Part shown: piece after piece, positions 52,436 to 64,000 of the stretch
Numbering within the stretch: the stretch's first letter is position 1
Layout: every line of letters starts with the position of its first letter
Assembly: GCA_050613775.1 (NCBI GenBank)
Contig: JBODTK010000156.1
Span: 186,001 to 250,000 of the forward strand
Reading direction: 5' to 3'
Length of the DNA stretch: 64,000 nucleotides
Source: Neocallimastix sp. 'constans'
Lineage: Eukaryota
Position numbers and translations under genes: made by a program
The notes under the pieces: model-generated
The model's input: the letters and a program-made list of their open reading frames with translations, nothing else
Databases searched by the model: none
What the model was told of the DNA's origin: nothing

Positions 52436-55400
52436 AGAATGAAAATAAAGCTCGTGGGGTACATTTCGATTTAAATAATATTGCATTCAATGAAGTTTCT
52501 GCTTATCCAAGAGGTATTGGAGAAAATTTCATAACCAAAAAATTATTTTCATTTAATCGTGATAAATCTGGAAATGATGAAACAAAGCAGGAATTAGAAA
52601 TAATGAAAAAAGAATGTATCAATAGAGAAAACGATCTTCGTAAATTAAGAGAAGAACTTAATTCTCTAAAGAAAGAATATATAATTAAAGATAATAAATT
52701 AAAAAAATTAGAAGTTGAAAAAAATAATTTAGAATCAGACCTTGTTCTATATAAGGAAAAATCAGATCAACTTGAAAAAAATGCTGATTTAAACCGTATG
52801 TCTGAAAATTCTCAATCTATTGAAGGACCAATAATTAAAACATCTGATACCAAATTTTTAGCTGAACAACTTGAAAGATATCAAAGTAAATTTAAAGAAC
52901 TAAAGAAAATTAATGAAGAAGAAAAGAATAAATCCAGACAATATAAAGCAAGGTTTGATGAAATTAAAAAACTTATTAATCAATTAGAATTAAAACAAAA
53001 GGAAGATAGAAAAGCTTATGTTCACTTAAAGCGTTCAACTGAAATAGAAATAAATAATTATAAATCTTTACTTCAGGGAGAACAAAATAGAAGTAAGGAA
53101 TTAGAAACTAAACTTAAAGAATTAAAGAATACTCAAACTACATATGAAATTGAAAAGATCAAAGAAATTGAAAAATTAACTGATCAAATAAGGCAAATAG
53201 AAGTTAGATCAAAGGAATATATTTCTTTAATTCAAAAAGAAAAAGAAAAAGTTAAAAGATTGGAAAAACAGTTGGAACAAAAAGAAAAGCAATCAAGCAG
53301 CCTTGATAACGGTGAAATTGAAAAGCTACAAAAATGTATAAAAGAAATTCAACTTAAAGTTATAGAATATGAAAAATTAATTATAATAGAACGTGAAAAA
53401 TCTAAAGAATTAGAATCACTTTTGAATGATCAAGAAGAAAAATCAAAGGAATACAAACTTCAAAAACAAAATGAAATTGATAAGTTAATTGTCCAAATTA
53501 ACGAGATTAATGTAAAATCGAAAGAATATGAAAATAGAATTAAACAAGAACAGAATAAATCTGAACAACTCGAAAAGCATTTGAAAGAAAATGAAATAAA
53601 GTATAGAGATTTTGAGATAGAAAAGCGTAAAGAAGTCGAAGACTTGAAGACTCATATTAACAAAATACAAAATAAAATTGTAGAATATGAAACAATTGTT
53701 GAAGAATATGAAATTCTTGTTAAACAAGAAAAAGCTGAAACTGAAAAATCTAGAGACTTGGAATTAGAAAAAGATAAGGAGATAGAAAAGTTAACCCACG
53801 AAGCTAAAGAGGCTAATGATAAATATATAGAACTTCAAAAATTAGTAGAACAAGCAAATAAGAAAATTGATGAAGAGAAAGAGAGATCAATCTCTTTGAA
53901 TAACCAATTAAATGTAAAGGTGATCGAATCTAATGATCTCATCAATAAGAAACAAAGTGAAATTGAAAAATTATTAGTTCGCATTAATATCGTTGAGAAG
54001 ATGGCACAAGAAGAAAAAGAAAAAGCTAAAGCCTTTGAAGCCCAATTAAATGATACAGAAATAAAATCAAGAGATATACAAAATGAAAAAGAAGCTGAAA
54101 TTCAAAAATTAAATAATCAAATTAAGGAAGCAAATGAAAAAATTGAGGAATATGTCATTTTAATTGAAAATGAAAAGAAGACTGTAAGTAAATTAGAAAA
54201 TGAATTAGGTCAAAAGAATGAATATTCTAAAAATCTTGAAATTGAAAAGCAGGAAGAAATTAAGAATTTGAAAGATCAGATAGAAGAAGCAAAGTCCAAA
54301 ACAAGAGAATACCAAGCTATTGTGAATCAAGAAAAGGAGAAATATAAGAATTTGATTCAAGAATTAAATGAAAAGGAAATTCATTATAAGAATTATGAAC
54401 TTCAAAAGCAAGGTGAAATAGAAAAGTTATTAGTAAAAATTACTGAAATTGAACGTATTAATCAACAGGAAAAAGAGAGAGCCACAAAATTGCAAAATCA
54501 ATTAAAAGAAAGTGAAGAACAATCGAAAGCTCTTGAAAAAGAATTAAAAGATAAAGAAGAAAAGACAAAAGTAATTGAAAATGAAAAGAATATTGAAGTT
54601 GAAAGATTAGTTAATAAAATTTCCGAGATTGAAAAGTTGATGTACGAAGAAAAGAAAAAGGCAATTGATTTAGAAAATCAATTAAACTCTAATGAGGAAA
54701 AAACTAAAAATCTTGAAATTGAAAAACAAAATAATATAAAATCATTAATTCCATTTATTGTTCAAAAAATTGTTAAGAATGAAAAAGAAAAGAAAGATTT
54801 TATTGAAAATCAAAATCTTGAAAGAGAAAGATCTAGAAATATTGAATTGGAAAATCAAAAAGAAATTGAGACCTTGAAAAAGCAAATTAAAGAAGCAAAT
54901 GCAAAAGCTCAAGATGTTACTAACGAAAAGGATGGAGAAATTAAACAATTACTTTTGAAGGTAACTGAAATTCAAAAAATTGTTGACCAAGAGAAACATA
55001 AATCTTCAGAATTAGAAAGACAATTAGTTGAAAATGAAGAAAAGACAAGAAAACTTGAAGATGATAAGAAAAGGCAAATAAAAGCCCTTTTCCCAATGGT
55101 TATTGGAAGAATTGTTGAAAAAGAAAGAGAAAAGAAGTATTTCATTGAGCAACAAAATATTGAAAAAGAAAATGCTTTAATGAAGCAAAAGGAAATTGAA
55201 GATTTAAAACATGAAATTGAAGAAGCTAAGATTAAGGCGCAAGGTTATGAAAGTGAAATTAATGGTCATAAAGAAAGAATTTCTGAATTAGAGAAACAAC
55301 TTGAAAGTAATGAAATTATGACTCGAGAAGCCGATGATGCTAAACAAAAGGAAATTGATACTTTACTTCAAAAAATTACTATAATAGAAAAGATTTTAGA

Positions 55401-58400
55401 ACAAAAAAAGGGTACAATAAATGAATTAGAACAACAATTAAATAAAACTGTAGATAATAATAGAGCTGTTGAAAAAGATAAACAAGAAAAGATTGATGAA
55501 TTATCGCGTAAAATTGAAGAAGTTGAAACAAAGGCACAAGATTATGAAAATAAAATCAATGAAAAGAAGGAAAAGATTTCTGAATTGGAAAAACAGTTAG
55601 CAGAAAATGAAGCTAAATCTAAAGAAACTAGTGAAGCAAAACAAAAGGAAATTGATAATATAACTTTCAAACTTGTTGAAATAGAAGAATATTATGAAGT
55701 TGAAAAGGAAAAAGCCAAGAATTTAGAACAAAAATTAATTGAGTATGAAGAACAATCAATAAATGCATCAACTAAACAACAAGATGAAATCAATGATTTA
55801 ATCCATCAACTTGAAGAAGCAAATTCTAAGATACAAGATTATGAAAAGTCAATCATGGAATATAAAGTTAATATTTCTGAAATTGAAAAACAATTAGCCG
55901 ATAGTGAAGCTAAAGCTAGAGAAACAGGTGAAGCAAAACAAAATGAGATTCAACAATTAATTGAAAAAATTACCATTATTGAAACAATTGTTGAACAAGA
56001 AAAGGAAAAAGCTAATGTTTTGGAGAAGCAACTTACTAATAACGAGGAAAATTCAAGAGATTTGGTTAATGGAAAGCAAGAGGAAATTGATAAATTACTT
56101 GACAAGATTTCTGAAATTCGTGAAAATGTTGAACAGGAAAAGAAAAGAGCTAATGATTTAGAAATGCAATTAGCTGAAAATGAAGAAAAGACAAGAAAAC
56201 TTGAAGAAGAAAAGAAGATTCAATTAAATGCCCTATTCCCTGTTATTATGAGTAAGATTGTTAAAAATGAAAAAGATAAGATAGATTTCCTTTCTTACCA
56301 AAATGATAAAGAATTAGAAAAGCAAAAGGAATTATCTGACTTAACTCATCAAATAGAAGAAGCTAAAAATAAGGCACAAGTATATGAAAAGACAATCACT
56401 GAATATAAAGAAAAAATAGTTGATTTAGAAAAGCAACTTGATGATAATAAAGTTAAATCAAGAGAAGAAAATGATACCAAACAAAAGGAAATTGAAGATT
56501 TAACCATAAAAATTGCTGAAATTGAAAACCATTACAAAATTGAAAAGGAAAAAGTCAAAGATATTGAAAAGCAATTGATTGATCAAGAAGAAAAATCAAG
56601 AGATATTACTAATGAAAAACAAGGTGAAATTGAAAAATTAATTGAAAAAATTACCATCATTGAAAAAATTGTAGAAGAAGAAAAGGCTAAATCTAATCAT
56701 TTAGAAAAGCAATTAGCCATTAATAAAGAAAGAACAAAGGAATTAGAGATTGAAAAGAGAAACCAATTAAAATCTCTTATTCCAATTGTTCTTCAGAAAA
56801 TTGTCCGAAATGAAAAGGACAAGCAAGGTTTCATTGAGCGACAAAGACTTGAAAAAGAAAAGCATGAACAATTCGAGTTGGACAAGCAAAATGAAATAGA
56901 TAGTTTAAATCGTGATATTAATGATGCTAAGAGTAATTATGAAAGTATTATTAATGAAAATAGAGAGAAGATCGAAGAATTAGAAAGACAACTTATTGAT
57001 AATGAAGCTAAAATTAAAGATATTAGTGATGCTAAGCAAACTGAGATCCAACAATTAATTGATAAGATTACTGTAATTGAAAAGATTGTCGAACAAGAAA
57101 AGGAAAAAGCAACTGACTTGGAAAAGCAGATGGCTGAAAATGAAATTAAAGCAAGGGAAGCAGATACAGCCAAGCAAGATGAAATTGAATTTTTAAATCA
57201 AGAGTTAAATAGTCAAATAGAAGATGCTAAGAATAGGACTAAAGATTATGAAAAAATAATTGCTGATGATAAGGAAAAAATATCATCTTTAGAAAAGCAA
57301 CTTGCTGAAAATGAAGCCAATGCTAAAGAAGATAATAACGCTAAGCAAATCGAAATTCAACAATTACTTGAAAAGATTACTATTATTGAAAAAATTGTTG
57401 AAGATGAAAAAGCTAAATCCAATGATTTAGAAAAACAATTAGCAGATAACGAAATTAAAATAAAGAAAGCTGATAATGACAAACAACAAGTCATTGATAC
57501 TTTAAATCGTGAAATCAATGATGCTAAAGGTAGAATATCTTCATTGGAAAAACAACTTGCTGATAGTGAAGAAAAATCTAAAGAATTTGATGAAGCCAAA
57601 CAAAATGAAATACAGCAATTAATTGAAAAGATTATCATTATCGAAAAAATTGTGGAGAATGAAAAAGAAAAATCAAAAGATTTAGAAAAACAATTAACTG
57701 ATAATGAGGCTAAGGCAAGGGAGGCCGATGTTGCTAAGCAAAATGAAATTGATGCATTAAATCGTGAATTGAACAATCAAATTGAAGAATCTAAGAGCAA
57801 GACTAAAGAATATGAAAAGAAAATTGCTGATGCAAAGGTTGAAATTTCTTCTTTAGAAAAACAACTTGTTGATAATGAAGCTAAGGCTAAGGAAGATAAT
57901 GATGCTAAACAAAATGAAATAAAACAATTACTTGAAAAGATTACTTTAATTGAAAAGATTGTTGAAAATGAAAAGGTTAAATCAAATGAACTGGAAGAAA
58001 AATTGAATAACAATATAGAAAAATCTAGAGTTGCTGAAAACGATAAACAAAGTATTATTGATGACTTAAATCGTCAACTTGATAATGCTAAGATTAAGGT
58101 TCAAAATTACGAAGAGATCATTGAAAATAATAAGGATAAAATTTCTTCAATGGAAAAGCAAATAGCTGACAAAGAAAATAGTTTAGAACTAATTAAAAAT
58201 AGTCAAATTGAAGATACAAATGAAAAGATTAAAAAATATGAAAAAATGGTTAATGATGCTGAGGATAAGATTTCTTATTTAGAAAAGCAATTAATAGATA
58301 ATGAAGCTAAAGCTAAAGAAAATAATGATGCCAAGCAGGATGAAATCAAACAATTACTCGAAAAGATAGCTATTGTTGAAAAGAAGTTAGTAGATGAAAT

Positions 58401-61400
58401 GGCTAAATCTAAAAACTTAGAAAAACAGTTATCAGATAATGAAGAAAAATCTGAAAGTATTGAAGTTAAAAAATCTGAAGATATAAAAGATCTATCAACA
58501 GAAGAACCTATCGAAGAGGAACCAAGACAAATATGTTTACCTGAAGATACAGAAGATAAACAAATCGAAATAAATAAGTTAATGGCAAAAATAGTAGAAA
58601 TGGAAAAAATCGTAAACCAGGAAAAAGAAAGGGCTGATAATTTAGGAAAACAATTAGCTGATAATGAAGAAAAATCTAAGAGTTTAGTATTACAACTTGA
58701 AAAAGAAAAGGAAAGGGCTAATTTATTAGAAAAGAAGTTGAATGGAACGAATGAAAGGCCAGAGGAATCTGTATCTGTTTCAGAAATTGAAGAAATTTCA
58801 CAAAACTTATCTGAAGTTCCAGAGGAGAAGTTAGATGAAGAAGTATCTCAAAAATTATCTGAACTTCCAGAAGAAAAGTTAGATGAAGAAGTATCTCAAA
58901 AATTATCTGAACTTCCAGAAGAAAAGTTAGTTGAAGAAGTTCCTCAAGAATTATCTGAACTTCCAGAAGAGAAATCTGCACAAGAATATTCTCCTAATTC
59001 TGAATCATCAAAAGAAAATCCATGGAAACAATTAATTCCTACAATCATTGAATTAATTGTAAATCAAGTTAAAAATAAAGAAGATCAGGACAAACCAAAT
59101 TACAAGAAAGAAAGAAATCATGAGAATTATTATTTGAATTTATCAAATGATGGTAGAATATATATCATGAATGGAAAGAACAATGTTTATTGGAATTCTT
59201 TACCAATAAAGCTTTCAGAACAAAGGAATGATGAATCATCACCAAAAGAACATGTTATTACAGAACAAAATGAAGATATAGAACCAAAATTAGGTGAAAT
59301 TAGTAAAATTGCTCGTGTTAATTCAATGGGATATCCTGATGAAACAAATGAAGAAATTTATGAAATAACTGAAGGATCAATTCCAAAAGAAGTTAAATAT
59401 GGTAACAATGAACCTGTAGAAGAATCCTATATGATTGTTAGAGAAGATATTAATGGTGATAGTAATGCTGATAATATAGCTATTGAAGATGATAAAAAGA
59501 AGCATGTAACATTTGATGAAAGTCCAAAGTATATGAATCACTCTCAAGAAAAGAAAATACCGGTTAATTATTACTTGAATGTAGGAGATGATGGTAAATT
59601 AACCATAGGAGATGATAATGATAATATTTTGAATTATTGGCCATTACGTTTAAATAATTCAAATGAAAAAGAAATAAAAACTAATATATCAGAAAGTAAA
59701 GAAGATGATTTACTTACAGAAGAATATTATGAAATCACAGAAGAAATGGTTCCAAGTGACAATGAAAGTAATAGTGATGAATATGAAGTTTCAAATACAA
59801 CAGAAATTTCAACATCAAAACCATATATTCCAAAGAAGGAGGATTATATCATATATATTGAAGATGTAGTAGAAGATCCTACCTTGGATGAATTACTAGA
59901 TCAAATGGAAGAAAGTAAGAAAAGTGATACTTTTGATGAACCTTCTGAAGAAATTATCAGAATAGACGATACTCAAGAACCAAAGGCAGAGAAAGAAATT
60001 AAAGAAAAGAAGTTAACCTCAAATGATTATTGTTTAAATATTTCAAATGATGGAAGATTATATCTTGATGGTTTAAATCTTTATTGGCCCTTACGTTTAG
60101 CTGATACTAATGAAATGAAACCTTTACCAAAGGAGGAAATACTCGTTAAGGTTTCCGACCCAGAAAAAATAACCATGAAACCAAAGAAAGAAGAAATTCC
60201 AGTGAAGGTTGCAGAACCAAAAGCATTAACCGATGAACCAAAAGAAGAAGAAATTCCAATTAATGTTTCCGAACCAGAAAAAATAACCATGAAACCAAAG
60301 AAAGAAGAAATTCCAGTGAAGGTTGCAGAACCAAAAGCATTAACCGATGAACCAAAAGAAGAAGAAATTCCAATTAATGTTTCTGAACCAGAAAAAATAT
60401 ACGAAGAACCAAAAGAAGAAGAAGAAATTCAAGAAGATAATTCATTTATTACTCCTACTGAAACTTCATTAATTGCTGAAAGTTCAAGATTACATGGTCC
60501 GTTAGAAGAGTCATTCATCCCTCCTGTTGAAATGAACAATAATGAAGATTTAATCTTTGAAGGTCCAAGTTTATTAGATCTTTCAATACATCCTTCTAAG
60601 CGGGATGTTTCAACATCAAAGATTGAAACATCTCCAATAGCAATAGGAAGTTCTCGAGTTATTAAGAGTCCTGAAAATGGTAAGAAAAAGTATATAAAGA
60701 AGAAATTTGTAACTAAAACGATTTCTACTAAAGAAAATAATGGACCAAATGTTTCACAATTTGCTAATAGAAGTGGAGATATTGAGCTAGCATCAAATAT
60801 TTCTAACTATTCTAGTATTGTTTTGGATCCACATAAATCTGTTATTATAAAAGAATCTTCTCCAGTGAAGTCTGAAACTATTAAAGTTACAAGAAATCCT
60901 ATTAATGGAAAGAAAAGATACGTCAAGAAAACTGTTATTTCAAGAAAGATTACTACTAATATTATTAATACTCCAGAATTAGTTTCTGAAGAAAAAGTTA
61001 ATAAATGGACAAAATTAATTCCTTCCGTAGTTGAAACAATTATCAATCAAGTTACATTAAATGATGATGATAATGAAAATGAAACTAAACAACAAGAAGA
61101 AATGGAAAAATTAATGAATAAATTCAATGAAATTAATGGAAAGGAAGAGCAAGTCATGAAAGAAGGAACAATTTTAAATGAACCAATCTTAGATGAACCA
61201 ATCTTAAATGAAGAACCAGTCATAAAAGAAGAACCAATCTTAAATGAAGCTCCTGAGGCAATATCTGAAAAGGAAGTTAATAACAAATGGACAGAATTAA
61301 TTCCAAATGTTATAGAAACCATTGTTAATCAAACAAAGGTAACCAATAATGAAGAGGAAGAAGAAAAGAATAAGGTAAATAATTTGAATAAACTAATGGA

Positions 61401-64000
61401 GCAGTTCAATAAAATTAATAATAATGAAAGTAAACCTTCATTGACTGAGGAAATAACACAACAAAATAAGAATGATGATTGTATTGAACAAGAAAAGGCT
61501 GAAGAAATAACACAGCAAAATAAGAGTGATGATAGTATCGAAGAAGAAAAGAACAATGAACAAAGTAAAGAAATTAAGCCTGAAAGTATTCCAATGGAAT
61601 ATGAAGATAGTTTAAAAAAATTAGTACCTACTGCTCTTGAAATGATTGCTAGTCATATACCAAAAGCCATTGAAATGATTGTCAATCAAACAAAGAATGT
61701 TGATAATAATATTATTAATAATGAATCAATGTCCAAGAATGGTAAGCAAGAAGAAGAAAATGACCTTAAAGAATCAATAATTAGAGATGTTTCAATTGAT
61801 TATGAAAATAAATTAAAGAGTTTAATTCCTTCCGCACTTGAAATGATTGTTGGTAAAGTTCCAAATGCTCTTGAAATATTAATTAATCAAACAAAAGAAA
61901 ATAATGAAAATGAAAGTATAGATAAAAATATTAAGCAAGAAGATATTGAAAATTCAATTATTAAAGATATATCTGTTGAATATGAAAATCATTTAAAGAG
62001 TTTAATTCCAACAGCACTTGAAATGATTGTTGGAAACGTACCATCTATTCTTGAAACAATAATTGATCAAAATAAAAATAATGAGGATGGAGATGAAAAG
62101 ACCGAAATACTTCCTAAGGACATTCTCCTTGATGATAAAGATTTAGAACCAACTTCAGAAATATTAACTGGTCCAGAAGTTAAAGAAATGAATAAAAGAA
62201 TTACTAACTTAGAAGATAATCTTAATAACGTTAAAAACGAAAATGAAGAATTAAAAACAAAGTTAGAAAATTACAATAATGTCAAAAATGAAAATCAATT
62301 ATTAAAGAATGAATTGGAAACCTATAAAACTGCACTTAAAAAGAATTCAATTGGTAAATCTGATAGGATTAGTAAATTAAATGATGATATTAAGCGATTG
62401 AAGAAGAGCATAAATATCATGAATCAATTGAATAAGAATCTTGAAACGGGAAACATTAATGATATGAGATCACTTAATGATCAATTACTTAAACAAAAGG
62501 AAAAGGTTATTCAATTACAAAATATAGAATCTTTATCGCCTGAAGTTAGTAGTGATGAATTATATAGAATCAATAATAGAATAAATAACTTGAAGAATGT
62601 TTTAGGCCAAATGAAGAATAATAAGACTATTAACAATAAGGAAATATCTGATAAACTTAAATCTTTTGCTATTAATGAAAAAGAAAATGAAGAAATTAAA
62701 GAACTAAGAAGTAAATTAGAAAAATCTAATTATTGTATTAATGAACTTAAAGAAAAAACAAAACAATTGGAACAACAAAGTCAAATAAGTAATAGTCATG
62801 TTGTTCAGGTCTTAAAGGATCTTAATCAAAATAGTGAATCAAAAATTAATATGGAAATCTTAAAGGATCTTAATCAAAATAGTGAATCAAAAATCAATAT
62901 GGAAATCTTAAAGGATCTTAATCAAAATAGTGAATCAAAAATCAATATTGAAGATTCAGATGCAATCATTGATCCAAAGAATGAGAATGTATTAGATAAA
63001 GCAGGAAATTCAGATGTTGATTCATTTGTTGATGCTAAGAATAGTGATGGCAATATAAATAGATTAGATACCGATTCATCTGTTGATTCATTTGTTGATG
63101 CCAAGAATAGTGATGACAACACAATTAAATTAAATGTTGATTCATTTGTAGATGCCAAAGATGGTTCTAGTAGTATTACTAATAAATTAATTGCTGATTC
63201 ATTTGTTAATTCCAATAACGCTAATAAATTAAATAACAATGTTGATGCAAAGGAAGGATCAGAAAACACTAATAAATCAAACCTAAATAATAACAATAAT
63301 TTAGTTGATGATAATGTAGAAGTTGAATTAGACTCAAGAAGTATTCTTATTGCAGAAGCTAATGAATTTAAAAGGGAAAATCAATTATTAATAGAAGAAT
63401 TAGAAAAGTTAAAGAATATTATATCATCTAATAAGAAAGAACATTGGAATATTTCAAAAGAAAAAAGATCGTTACAAGATCAAGTTAAAAGGTTAAACAA
63501 AATTATTGAGAAAGATACTCAAACAATAAAGAAATCAGAAGGAACAATTCAACAATTAAATTCTGATAATGATAGTCTTAATGAAAGGATAAAAACGCTA
63601 ACTGAAGCATATGAAACCTTTAAGAAACTATATGAACAACAAAAAGCCAAAAACCAAAATGATATTCTTACTAAAGAAATAATAAAAGGACTTAATAAAG
63701 AAAAGCAAAGTGACAGAAAGAGATGTATTCCATTTACTGAAAATAAACGCCGTAGAATGGAATTAGCTAAGAGATTAAAGAAAGAAAATAACAATTTGGA
63801 AAATACTCCAAAAGAATTAATTACTATTAAGAGTGAAAAGAAAAAAGTCAATCCATTGGAAAGTAGTATTCAAAAAGAAATAGATTTATTACCAGAAATT
63901 AAACCAGTTAACTTTATTGGACACGTTTATAATTTACTTGGATATACAGTAACAACAACTTCTGTTCTTTTAAGTTTATTATTCTCTCGCGATTATCTTA
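52436..64000 (+). CDS. Exon 2 (open to the window end) of a giant E/K-rich coiled-coil protein, >3,900 aa in total
   Basis: The frame starting at 52438 (NENKARGVHFDL...) is still open at 63961 (SVLLSLLFSRDYL). The track reports no stop-terminated ORF in this frame, consistent with no stop in 11.5 kb. Heptad-rich repeats such as EKQLADNE.K....KQ.EI.QL.EKITIIEKIVE.EK. Confidence 0.9.

Noticed and set aside
53485..63851. Many short minus-strand ORFs
   Set aside because: Antisense shadows of the giant + strand ORF.

Overview
Extremely AT-rich eukaryotic DNA. The composition, a short GT-AG intron, an intronless bacterial-type hydrolase and abundant microsatellites suggest an anaerobic gut fungus (Neocallimastigomycota); this is an inference. 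Only two host genes are supported. One is a membrane-anchored alpha/beta hydrolase (1892-3499, -). The other is a giant (>3,900 aa) repeat-rich coiled-coil gene that starts at 51903, has one intron and runs off the window end; the ORF track misses it. The rest is a transposon and repeat landscape: two young full-length Ty1/copia LTR elements (10776-15586 and ~36522-41741), three decayed copia relics, a deleted MULE with TIRs and TSD, LINE fragments, microsatellites and a 3.6-kb higher-order satellite built from about 30 hairpins. Most notable: (1) both young copia elements, and probably a relic, carry a primer-binding site complementary to the anticodon arm of tRNA-Lys(CUU), implying half-tRNA priming; (2) their LTR ends are non-canonical (TG..AA, TA..TA); (3) one has a Ty1-like CCG-AGG-C +1 frameshift candidate; (4) the satellite hairpins show strand-biased G:T pairing; (5) the giant protein contains three dispersed lectin-like modules. 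Family assignments come from motif recognition only; no database searches were run.
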